From positions 416,067 through 480,066 of the forward strand of contig RHPI01001116.1 in the NCBI GenBank assembly GCA_009103225.1: a DNA stretch of 64,000 nucleotides, written 5' to 3'. A model generated the notes under the pieces. The model saw nothing but the letters and a program-made list of their open reading frames with translations. It made no database searches and was not told the origin of the DNA. Shown here piece by piece: positions 47,920-60,058 of the stretch. A program made the position numbers and the translations under genes. Source of the DNA: Chlorokybus atmophyticus (lineage: Eukaryota; Plantae; Mesostigma and Chlorokybus algae). The stretch's first letter is position 1, and every line of letters starts with the position of its first letter.

Positions 47920-50900
47920 CGCGCTTACACAAGTAGACATGTGCACAAGTTGCGAACACAACCAACCAACCAGCCCCATGCAGATCGCTATCGGCGGAGC
48001 CCTGGTCACCGCAATCATCCATGCTCTCTCTGGCCCGAGAACCGTCCATGACCAGCAACTACCACCACGCCGCCCTCGTCGCGGTTGACACCGCGCCCCC
48101 GCCCCCGCACGCCTGGATGTTCGCCCCACGACGCCACGCCCTCTCGTACGCACAGGATGCGTGCACGTCCATCTCGCGACGCCTACAAGTGAGAGCACAT
48201 GCACGCACACACTCAAACTCACATCGCGTGCGCGTGACCGTGTGTGCGCGTCTCACCACCCACTCCTTTTCATACACGCTTGTCTCTCCAGGCCTTAGAG
48301 TGGGACGCCACCCGCATGCTCTCCCCTTCTCCCTCCTCCCCCCACAGACCCAACCCCACCACCCCATCTCTCCCCCTCTTCCCCACCCACCCCACCAACA
48401 ATCCCCCCACCCTCTCCTCCCTCCTCTCTCGCCTGCACGCCCTCGTCCGCGAGGCCGAGGGCGCCTTGCGCGAGGAGGAAGAGGAGGAGGGAGAGGAGGA
48501 GACCAAAGAAGGGGAGGGTGTGGAGAAGGAGGGTGGTGAGGAGGAGTGGATGGTGACGTTGAGGAAGCGAAGGAGAGAGAGGACGGAAGAGAGGAGGAAC
48601 GGGGCGGCCGTGGAGGTGCAGAGGAGGGTCAAGGGGTGGATCGCTAGGAGGAGATACGCCGCGGCGAGGTGAGAGAGGAGTGGTTGCGGATACAAGTACA
48701 TGCAATGCCAGACGTGGGGTAACGAACTATACTACACCTCCGTGTGTGAGCGCGCATGTGTGTGTGCGTGCCTGTGTATGTGTGTGTGCACCTCTCCGTT
48801 AACCTGCACGCAGGTCCATACTGTAGCGGTATGTGTCGTGTAGAAAAGCAACCACACCCCACATGTCATAGCGTAGCTACTGCCACACACACACACACAC
48901 ACACACACTCTCCCCCAGACGCGCCTCCCGCGCCTTCCGTTCCGACCGCTTCAAATCTCCCCGTTCCGCCCTCCTCTCCTTCCTCCGTCTCCGCCTCGAA
49001 CTCCACTCCCGCCGCCGCTCCCTCGCCCTGTCCCTCGCCGCCCGCCGCCTCGCCTCCGCCTTCTCCAGCTGGGCCAAGTGGGTTCTGGACGAAAGGCCTC
49101 AAACGCAGGAGAATGACTTGAAAGCTGTCAAGATGGCGAGGGAGTGGGCGATGAGGAGGGTCGGGGAGAGGGTGAGGTGCTGGAGGAGGGTGGCGATGGG
49201 GGCAGGGGCGTGGAAGAAGGTGAGGGAGAGGAGGGGGGAGAGGGAGAGGAGGGTGAGGGAAATGCTCAGGGCAGCTGCTGCTGCTGCTGCTGTCGCTGCT
49301 AAGGACAATGGGGATGGTGGCGGTAAGGATGAGGGGGAGGCGGAGGGTGGGGACATCCCGGCGGATGTGTGGAAGAGGGCGATGGATGAGGCGGCGGTGA
49401 AGGAGGCGAGGGGGAATGCGGCCGCGAGGGTGTTGACGAGGGTGATGCGGGGCTGGCGACAGGTGCGTGTGAGGGGGTGATACATACAGGTGGGTTTGTG
49501 GGGTCATGGTGCTTATTTTGGTGGTGGCAGTATGCGCGCGTGCGGGCTGCGTTCGGACGCAGGCGGCAAGTGGGTGTCAAACACCACGCCCTCGGCACCA
49601 AACGCAAGGTACAGAAGCAGCAGAGTGCATCAGCACGCTGCAACGCTGTGTTGGTGCGGTAGTCCAGACTACACCATCGCACACTACACTGCGTAAACAC
49701 TTGAACACTTGCAGGCCTTCCGTGCCTGGTCCCTCGCCCTGGACGCCAAGCGCCTCAAGTGGGGTGCGAAGTTCGCCAAGCGCCGCCTGTACGCTTCGGT
49801 GAGTCACCTGGCGAGGAAGCAGTTCCTGTCGCGGTGGCTCGGGAGGTGGCGGGCGTGGCGGGAGAGGATGGGGAGGGTGCATGCATTCGAGAGGAAGAGG
49901 AGGGGGAGGTTGATGGGGAGCTGCGCTGTCGGGTGGCTCACGCAGGTGAGTGAGTGAGTCAGTCAGTGAGTGTCTGTGTCTGTGTCTGTGACTCTGTGGT
50001 TGCGTCTGTGTTTGGTGAGGCTGTGCGCCTCGTTGGGTGGGTCGGCGGGTGGGGGCGTGGGCGTGGGCGCGTGCATGAGGGGGGGGGGGGCGTAAGTGTA
50101 TAGTGTGCGGGTGTGCGTGCGTGCGTGAGTGTGTGTGCGCGTGCGTGCATGTCTGTGCGGGTACATGTGTGAGCGCCTGTGCACATGTGTCTGCACGCGC
50201 GTGCGCGTGTGCGTGTGCCTGCATGCAGAGGCGCATGCACACACAAACGCAATTTTACACACATGTATGCATGTCCTTGCGTGTGCGAGTGTCGACGCTG
50301 TTGCACACGTACACATTATCATTTCTGAGGTGCGTGCCATTCCCCAACAGGCCAAACGCGAGCGGCGGATGAAGCTAGACGCCATATACTGCTGGCGTTC
50401 AGTCTGCCGACAGGTAAAACCCACTCCCACAAGACACACATACCCACAAGTGCTCACCTTTGCTAACACCCGTCCGCGTGACAGATTCATCTTGGCCCGC
50501 TGAGGCAGTGGCAGCAGTTCGTGCTGTGGCGAAGGGTAAGGAGGCAGGAGCTCGCCTCGCGGGTCTTGCAGATGGCGCGCAGGGGCATGCGCGAGCAGAT
50601 GCACGCATGCTTTCGCACGTGGCGCGAAGCCACTGAGGTAAGGGGCTGATACACGGATGCACGGAAGACATGAGTACACGTGCGCGTATATCTGTGGCAC
50701 ACATGCACGCGCACAACCCGCCCACACACCCCACATCTGTCAAGCCTTTGGGTGATGGTTGCACAACCACACGTCCATACACGCCAATGTCACACCTGCG
50801 CAGGAGTCTAAAGCCGAGGTCAAGCAGCTGCAAGAAGCGGTATGAACAACAATAACACTATTCTCTCTCTCTGCAAACCAACTCACTCTTCCCTTCCTGT

Positions 50901-52178
50901 GTGACTGACTGACGTGTGGTTCGACTCGTCATCAGCTCAAAGAAGCAGAGCGAAAGAAGGCTGCGGAGCAGAACGAGGTGGCTGAGGCTCGGCAAGCGCT
51001 GCAACAAAACAAGGTGGGCATGTGGCACTGTGTGTGTCCGTATCGCTTCGTGCGAATGCACGGGGTAGAGAGTCACTCAACTTACAGCAACATACACCAC
51101 ACATATACGCGCAAGCGCGCGGGCACACGCACACATGCAAGTGTGTCTATAGGTGACGAGGCAGGCGCTGGAGACTGGTTTGGGTCAGAGCCGGGCGCTG
51201 CTGCAGGTGTTGAAGAACGAGCTGATGGCCATACGGGTGCAGCCCACCGCCAACAAGTCCCCGCAAGAAGTCAGAAGGTAAGCGAGACATGCGTGTACGT
51301 GCATAGCCTGCAAAGAGAAAGGAATCAACACCCAAACCATCCACTCTTGTCAGGTATCACCCCCCGATGGTCGGCGGTTCCGCTGCCGACGAGGAGCTGC
51401 GTCACCTCCACCGTCAGATGGAGCTGATGTCCGCCCGCATCGCCTCCGTGCTCGCCACCACAGCCGCCATCGCAGCCACCATCCCCGCACCACCGCAACA
51501 ACAACAACAACAACTACCGGACTCGGCGGTGTTGGCGTCGGCTTCGGCGTCGTATGGCAACGGGGGATCATCGCCGACTTCAACCCTCCCCCCGGGCACG
51601 CCCTCGGTACGTGTGTGCCAGTGTACTATGGACATGTGCGTGTATCCGTGTGCGCGTGCGTGTGCGCGTGCATATGCAAGTGTATGCACGTGTGACATAC
51701 GCACACGCACGTGAGCGTGTGCGTATGTCTGTGTGCAAAACACTTATCGACAATGTGACTACCACATCCAACGGCATGCATGCACCTCTTTAGCCATGCA
51801 CAGCACGCCGACACAGCATGCAACTGTGCATGTGTGGGCGCACGCACACGTGCGCATCCATGCGTGTATGTGCGTGTGACGTGGGACTCGCTGGCGCCGT
51901 TGCAGGCCTGGTCGGAGTCCGGGGGAAGAAGAAGCGCGTTGGGCCGAAGAGGCCCTCCACAAGGTGTCGAGCGTGAAAGGAGTGCTAGCGCAGCATTCCC
52001 CTCCAGACCACCCGGAGGAGCCCAATTGTCCCGAGCAACTTCCGTCGCATCAACACAACAACACGGGAGACACAACAACCCGGTAAAGAGCACACATTCA
52101 TCACTCACTGGCACTCAGTACCATGTGCATACATGCACCCGTTGTTGATATCATCTCTGTCAACAGCACCTAAGATGA
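47074..52178 (+). CDS. Large helical protein with an IQ-like motif and Sfi1-like (centrin-binding) W-containing repeats
   Basis: Phase-consistent exons with VQRRVKGWIARRRY (IQ-like) and repeated A/L-x-F/L-xx-W-R units (RRLASAFSSWAKW; VLTRVMRGWR; AFRAWS; QFLSRWLGRWRAWR; MHACFRTWR), plus a C-terminal coiled coil. Confidence 0.6.
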
Positions 52179-52269
52179 GGAGAAGAGAAGAGCCTTGTGT
52201 CCATCTCGCGCGCGCGCGATACACTCAAACAGAGACACTCAAACAAACAACGAAGTCCCCTGCCCTGCG

Positions 52270-53462
52270 CTAGTCCTGCACGTACTCGGTGCCCGCGAGC
52301 AGTGCCGCCTCGGCCTTCTGAAACTCCCGTCCTAGGTAGTTTGCGTGCACGAGCATCGACACCAACGGGCCGGACTCGAACTCGGACTCCAGCAGCAACA
52401 CACTCAACTCCTTGGCCGTCCTACCACTGTGAAAGGAACAGACCCAGTAAACACACACACGCGTGCACATACACACAAACAATTGTACAAATACACGTAC
52501 GTGTACGTGGTCTGTGCGGGTGGCGTGTACGGCCTGTCGCAAGGGATAGGTTCCCCCGTGTCTGGGTCGCACGCCCGTCCTTGGTCGTCGATGGCGTTCG
52601 GCACGTGTGTCGCCTCGATCACACCCCGCGCGTGGTCAGTGCGGATGAGGAAGTAGCCGCGGGGGTCGAGCGCGATGAAACGGTTGGATAGGGAGTTGTC
52701 TACCTCGTCCGCAGCAACTGGGGATGAGGAGGAGGACGTGAGACACAGTGATGTGGACTTGTGGGGGAGGTGTGGGGGAGGTGGTGGGAAGGTGTGGATA
52801 CTCACTTGCTAGCTGGTGGAGGCGGGAGACGGGTGCGGATGGTGATGATGTGGTTGGGTTGTTGTTGGTTGAGACGCTTGTTTCTTTGGTGTCAGCCTTC
52901 TGCGTAGCAAACACAAGACCTGAAAATGTGATTGCTACCATGTGTGTTTGTTGCTTACAATGACATCAGCCCCAAACGTTGTCTTTTCTAACACGGGAGA
53001 ACACTGCTCTGAGTGAGCTCAGTTGTGCTGACATGCGTCGCGATATGTGTCAGCGTGTGTGTGTTGTCTATCGCAGTGCATGGAGTCGTTGTGTCTAACT
53101 CTTGTGGGAAGGCAAGGCTGGTGACAATGCTGTTTGCAACAATGCTGTGTGCATGCCAGTGCTGCTCACAAAACACATTATCTCTGGTGCACCAGACACC
53201 ATATCACGCAAGTTGCAATTACCCCAGCAACAACTTGAAACTTGGCAAACCAGCTGGAGAAGTCTATCATCTATCTTCCATGCCTTGCCTGCATGGCCAA
53301 AGCTGGAGCAGCCCATCGCCTCTCACCGCCTCTGCGCCCATGACGGCAATGGCGGTGGGTCTTCGTTGTCAATAGCGAGGCGTCAGCTGACGGCTGTGAC
53401 CGCGACCATGCCGCCGCCACCGCCGCCGGCGAGGACGCCGACGCCGCCGCCGCCGCCAGCAT
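52270..53462 (-). CDS. DUF4346-domain protein (cyanobacterial-type) with an N-terminal transit peptide
   Basis: SNRFIALDPRGYFLIRTDHARGVIEATH..N.IDDQGRACDPDTGEPIPC...|GRTAKELSVLLLE...VSMLVHANYLGREFQKAEAALLAGTEYVQD*. Confidence 0.85.
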
Positions 53463-54443
53463 GTCGGCAGCGCAACGGCCCAAACGATGAATATATCACA
53501 CGGGTGCCAACTCCCAAAGTGGTGCAGGTGCTAATGCTATAGTTCAATTGCGTTGTTGTGTTTCACTGGTTGATTTACTGGTTGACTTGGTGAGAGAAAC
53601 TGCAAGTCGCATTCAGTTCCAACTTTGTTACAGAGCTTGTGTTGCCATAAATGTGGCACTCTCTCCATGAGAAAAGGTTGGCTGCTTGGAGACCTGGAAA
53701 CACGTGATGCAAATATTGTGTGATAAATAAGCGAATGTGTGTGAACAAGCAACAAGATAGGTGTTTGCGCCATTGTCTCTGGTTGGGGACTTGAGGTTTT
53801 TGTGGGAATGGTGTAGTGCTGCCATGCGCCAAGTGCATTGTTGTGATTCACAGTGCTCGCATCAGTCAGCGTACAATGTCATGTAGCAACGATGCGCGCT
53901 GCATGCAGAGGACAGCACGACCCAAAGCTGAGTTAGTGTTGACATCTGTCACCAGGTACAACCAACTACTACTGCCACATGGCACAGTGTCGTATCATCT
54001 AAATCAAGTAAGGTATTCAACCTTCACAGACCAGAACACGCCATCTGCCACAGCCCATCACAACAGTGGCCACCCCATTCAAGCCTAACGGACATGTGAG
54101 TGCATGCAAGACGCTATCTGGAACCGCACTACGCGCTTGTCAGCAGCCACAGCCATGGCAAAGGATCTGTACAACGTGATGCGCAACTGTTGTGCAAACA
54201 CCCAAATTCCCTGCAGACAGCCTCCAGCATGCAGCATCCAGACAATCCTCGCTCAGTGCAAATAAGTTACTTAAAGTGGATAGTGTGTTCGCTTGTGACT
54301 AACATCTCAAGTGCGGCACAGTGACAACGACCATCTTCCTATAGATACACTACCATATTGTATGTGCTCAACAAAACCCAATAGACCAAACTCTGACACT
54401 CCTGCGTTGGCACGACATATGTATTGCGCTTGCACCATGTTGC

Positions 54444-57400
54444 TCAAGCAGCTATCAGCTCGTTCTCAATGCTCTCGCTAGACCGGCCCTTGGTTTCGAT
54501 CATGTTGCGGGCGAGAAAGCCGTAAGCCAGCAGGCAGATGACGCCGTAGAGGCCGTACGACCCGCCGATGTCCAGCGCGGCTAACATGGAAGGGAAGGTG
54601 AAGCCCACGATGAGGTTGGTAACCCAGTTCATGGTTGTCGCCAAAGCAGCCACTTTGCTCTGGAGGATACGCACAAGCAGTTAATCGCGATTAAGCGGAC
54701 GCCCACGTACGCGCATGTATTCACGCACACATGCGTGTTGCATCTTTGTACATATGAGCACACATATGGCTTGACAAGCAGTGCTCGCAGCCGTCATTTG
54801 AAGAGAGCAGCAACATTGATACAACAGACAATGCCATGGCGAGTCACATACCTTCAGCTGGTTGGGCAGAATCTCAGCCACAAATAGCCAGGGAATGGGT
54901 CCAGCACCGACTGCAAAGCTGATGACATACTGCGCACACACAATGCCAGTAATGAGTGATGCGTATAAGCTGCGGATTTGCTTGCACAGTGTCACATGGC
55001 ACACATACAACGACGTGCATATGTGAGCCGTTGGTTGAATGGGTAAAGCGACAAGACTCACCAGAAAGATCGCCGCAAGTGAGATGGGTCCCGACCACGG
55101 CTGCAATGCAGGCACAAGCAACCCGACAGCCAGCGCCAGTAGGCATGCCGCCATACCTGCATGGGTTCAAGACCGACAACGTTACTGTCAGAATGGAGTT
55201 GTTGTTACACTGCACAACGTGCATGGATGGTCCGCACCTCCGAAGCTGGCGAGCATCAGCGTCTTACGCCCGGCCTTGTCCATCAGTGATGAAGCAATCA
55301 ACGTGCCGGCAAGGTTCACGACACCCACTAGTATGCTGCCCACTATGGGGGAGTAGAGCCCGGCTCTGGCGAAGACCGTCGCACTGTAGTAAATGACTGC
55401 AGCACCGCCGAAACAGTCAATATCAAGGGAACATGTTATGGTATTGCTCACCACCAACAGCTGCACCTACCGGTGTTGATGCCGGAGATTTGCTGCAAGA
55501 CAGGCATGGCCAGCGCCAGTACCATCAGCTTGCGGTACTTCTTGCTTGTCAGCTCACCCCAACCAACATCAGCAGCTTTAGGCTCTGGATTTGCGTTGAC
55601 ACTGGCAGATACGGTGGGTGCTTTGCTCTTAATTTCAAGTTCTGCAGCCTGCCTGCATTGCATCCAGGGGAATAAGCAGCTAACACATGGAGTTCAACAG
55701 CGCGAAACTTAGCTGTACATGGAAGAAGTAGCACTCACCCCATAACCTTGCTATACTTGTTGACAGCCCGAAGCCTTTGATACTCCTCGGATGTCATCGT
55801 ACCAGAGGTTGAAGGGCTTGACACTGTTGTAGCCTGTGAATATTGTGTAGTTGTAGCCTTTGCGCCCTTGTCGCTGAGGTTGAGCTCGGCTGCTGCCGCC
55901 TCTCTGTTGACAAGATAGTAAATGTATGAGTGACACGAGAGGTTACTTTCTGTGTCACAACAGTGATACCTGCGAGTACCGCATGCTGCTCACCCCAACA
56001 GCTTGACGCGCGCTGTGCTGGCTTGCTCTTTCAGGCCGGCCTTGCTCAGCCAGGCGGGGCTTTCAGGTGCGATGGTGAGAAACCCGAGGGCCATGACAGC
56101 GGCGGGGACGGCCGCTGTTGGTTGTATGTGAGTCAGTCGGTAGCCAGTTGTTGTTGACAAACGCGCGCAGGTGCACACAACACGTGCGCACAGAAGACAA
56201 AGCGTGTCACATACCAATCGAAAACATGAAGCGCCACCACTGGCTGGTGGATTGAGCCGACCAGCCCATGTCGAAGGGGATGCCCATCAAGTATGCAATG
56301 AGGATGCCAACACAGACGAAGAGCTGGTTGAAGCTAAAAAAACACAGACTCAACAGTCAGGTACATCATGAGCTCAGACGGCAATCGCACCAAAAAACTA
56401 ACATAACAGCGCACCTGCCAAAGGCTCCTCGAAGTGATGTTGGCGCAATGTCTGCCAGGTACAAGGGCACCATTGTCTGCAAGTCAGTCCAAGTCAGTGA
56501 TGTCCACGTGACTCTCAAGAGACACATTTCTGAATGCAAGGTGTAATGCAATGCCAGCCATGTGACCTTACCGAGGCAGCGCCAACAGCCAGCCCAACAA
56601 CAAAGCGTCCAATCAACTGCACCACAACTAAGTGTCAGTACTGCAAACACTAAGTCCCAACCATGCAGGGCACACAAACAGACTGCTTACAGCGGCGTTG
56701 AGGCCAGTTGCCCATGCTGTCATCAATGTTCCCACGATGTATGGGATCGCATTGAGTGCCAGTGCCTTCTTCGTGCCCAGACTTTCACTAACAGGGCCAG
56801 CACCAAACGCGCCAGCAATTGACCTGCCATGCAACGGCAATACTCGCTTGCAACCATATGTACTTGAGTTGAGGCGCAGAAACGAAATCAACATACTACA
56901 CATCACACAGCATGCCACAGATGTTCGTTGCATACCCTACAAGGATGGATGAAACGATCAGGCTGCCAGACACTGCCTCATCAAATTTGAGGTCTCGGGC
57001 CATGTAAGGGAGTGCGGTGTTGACAACGCCAAGGTGGTAACCGAACAGGAGTGCTCCTATGAGGGCAATGGCAGCGGAAGCATACAAGGTCGAGGGGTAC
57101 TCGGCCTTCTTGGGTCTGCTGCTGACTGCACCAGACATTGCAGACTGTGCTTGCACAGGCAACCTGCACAGACCTGTCATCAGTGACGTGCATATGCATA
57201 CCAGAATTGCACCCTGAACGTCCATAGTGTGCAGTTGGACCTCAAGATTATAACTAACGTGCAACTGCAAGGCCCCCAATGCCTCGCCCCACTGACAACC
57301 TCGGTTCCCAATACGGCTCTCTTTCTTATCTTATTTTCTTCTTGCTGCTTGTTGTTGGGGANNNNNNNNNNNNNNNNNNNNNNNNNNNNNNNNNNNNNNN

Positions 57401-58850
57401 NNNNNNNNNNNNNNNNNNNNNNNNNNNNNNNNNNNNNNNNNNNNNNNNNNNNNNNNNNNNNNNNNNNNNNNNNNNNNNNNNNNNNNNNNNNNNNNNNNNN
57501 NNNNNNNNNNNNNNNNNNNNNNNNNNNNNNNNNNNNNNNNNNNNNNNNNNNNNNNNNNNNNNNNNNNNNNNNNNNNNNNNNNNNNNNNNNNNNNNNNNNN
57601 NNNNNNNNNNNNNNNNNNNNNNNNNNNNNNNNNNNNNNNNNNNNNNNNNNNNNNNNNNNNNNNNNNNNNNNNNNNNNNNNNNNNNNNNNNNNNNNNNNNN
57701 NNNNNNNNNNNNNNNNNNNNNNNNNNNNNNNNNNNNNNNNNNNNNNNNNNNNNNNNNNNNNNNNNNNNNNNNNNNNNNNNNNNNNNNNNNNNNNNNNNNN
57801 NNNNNNNNNGGGGGGGGGGATTGGTACAGCATGCCCTCTCATGACACATCGCACGCCGCTTGTGATGCGGGGTGGGGCTAGTGTTTGGTATGTTGCTGTA
57901 CCGGACGCTGGGCGTACACATCCACTAGTGGAGACATGTTGATCTCTTGCTGAGCTGAGCAATCTGAGGAAACCTTGATACACAAAACGAGCAACTCTTG
58001 CCCTCAGCTACAACCAGGTATTTCAAACCGTGTTTATCTCTTGCTGAAGCTGCTCTTTTTAACAACCCTCCCTCCTCCCGGGGGAGGCTCAGATAAATCC
58101 TAGTACCAGAGGCCCCAATAGCAGAAGTCAATGTTTAGCTCTCTGTTTGACCGTGAATAGCGTGGGCTCAGCTATAGTATTTCTGCTATTAAGCCTACGT
58201 AAAATGCTCACTAAGCGCCTGATGGTGTCATACCCTTTGCCAGTGCTATGAGACACGATGTCAGCCCTGTTTATCCGTGTAGTGCTGACAAAATTGCTCG
58301 TTAATACACAAGCACAAGCATTGTGTGACACATGTTCTACCACACAGCTTGCTGTTCCAAACTCAGAACTGCATGCAATGGATGAAGCTTTCATCAGTAG
58401 CAACATTTTCCAGCAAATTGCAATGCATAAGCTGAAAACAGTCCTTTTGTCGCTGCATTTCATCACTAGCACTAGCTGCAGTATGGAGAGCGGCAACATA
58501 ATGCAGCTTGTTAATTGCCCTCGCTACTTGCATGACATGAGTATATCGCCTTTTAGCGCATTCACTCACCACCTCGGTTGGCCAGCAGGGAAGCTTTGCC
58601 CATTCCTCGCAACCCGCAGCGGACTCCCAGCAAACAGCGACTGCGGCAGTGGCTGCGCCTGCAATGCGGGCAGCAGCCGGCCACCAGCTGCGGCGGTGGC
58701 GCGTCGGGCCAGCAGCAGCAGCATTCCAGGCCGCAGCCCAGCGCCAGCTGCTGCATGGCGCCTTCTGCTGCTGCTGCTGCTAACAACACTACCTCCCAGC
58801 ACCGCGCATGCTGCCGGCGCCACCGCCACCGCCACCGCCGCCCCCGCCAT
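54444..58850 (-). CDS. pGlcT: MFS sugar porter, plastidic glucose transporter (pGlcT)-like, with transit peptide
   Basis: ALIGALLFGYHLGVVN; GRLLLGLAVGAAS|TMVPLYLADIAPTSLRGAFG|SFNQLFVCVGIL; PESPAWL; LQQISGINT|VIYYS; MDKAGRKTLM; GAGPIPWLFVAEI; NWVTNLIVGFTFP; ETKGRS. The first exon 58850-58571 is Ala/Arg-rich and joins in phase. Confidence 0.92.
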
Positions 58851-60058
58851 CGCCGCCACAACCAGCACCAACACCGTCACCGCCTGCCTCAGGAAGCGCG
58901 TCTGGTTACGTGCATGTAGGCTTCAGGCGCGAGCCAATGCAAACCTCGCAATTTCCGCTCGCGCCAGCAACTTTGTGCGGTTGGCGTCGCCGTACAGTAC
59001 GTACGGTGCGACTCGCAATGTGTAAGGGGTTGAAATTTGGAGCTTATGATTTGAGGGGTTTTGGGCGCCAAGGCCGTTAAATGTCCAAACCTCGCGTGGT
59101 ACAAATTTTGTCGTTACCGTATCATTCAGCAACGGGTTTTTGACAACTTGTGCGTATCTGGTTGCCAAATCTCGGTTATTACATAATCAAACGAGTAGCT
59201 GCAACTTGCAGATCATGTTTGTGTAACACACATTGCAATGATGTATTTGGGTTACACGACCTAAAGTGGTGTAACGTGCACAGCTGACATAAACGCCAAG
59301 TACAATCCCGTTGTAGCTCTCATCATACATAACAGCAAATAAATGGATTAGCAATCGTAAGTCGAAGCATGTATCAAATACAGCATCATGGTCAATCATC
59401 GCATTATATGCCGCACACAACCCTGGTACTGAAGCTGCCTGCTTCCTCGCTTTACATTTTAGCATGGTGTTGGTTGTGCATGGGCAAGCACATTCCTGCA
59501 GCTATCGCTACTGCTGCATGGACTGGCCACTGACTCAGCTGCACATGGAAGTGATCATGCACCCATAAGGTATAGCAATGAGGTTGAGCAGCATGCATAG
59601 CAAGCACCATTAGGCGAGGCAACAACACTGACGGCGGATGCTTGTGTGTCAATGATGATAGACATTGACAAACCAATGCATCCTTGCCTATATGAGCATG
59701 CATGCATGCATGACTGTAGGGGGGCGGTAATGATAGTGTTGGAGTTAAGAATAATGAAGTCGGCGACTAGTGAGTTACCGCCTAGCCCGATAGTCGAGTT
59801 GGAGGTGAGAGTCAGTGTACAGGAAATTGTAGACGCTATTATGATTGCGTGTCACCAGTACTGCATATGTCATGTGTCATGTGTGATGCCGCAATACTGC
59901 GTTTCTTCACATTTGTTCATACACTTGCAGCGTGTACACATGCACAATCATAGGCGAGGAGTGCTAGGGCAAGTCTACCAAGGCTGACATAGAAAGAGAG
60001 ACGCTGACGGCAACCTTTGAGCTGATTGAATTTGGCGCAACGCAATGACAATACATGC

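Noticed and set aside
57925-58500. IYLSLPREEGGL and HSTGKG segments resembling a LINE RT remnant or a P-loop
   Set aside because: The motifs are too short. 58275-58223 is better explained as an in-phase small exon of the pGlcT N-terminus (cag|c...gg|gtatga).
59700-59870. Protein-like stretch (AIIIASTISCTLTLTSNSTIGLGGNSLVADFIILNS, minus strand) between TIP41 and pGlcT
   Set aside because: Short, with no start, splice context or recognisable family.
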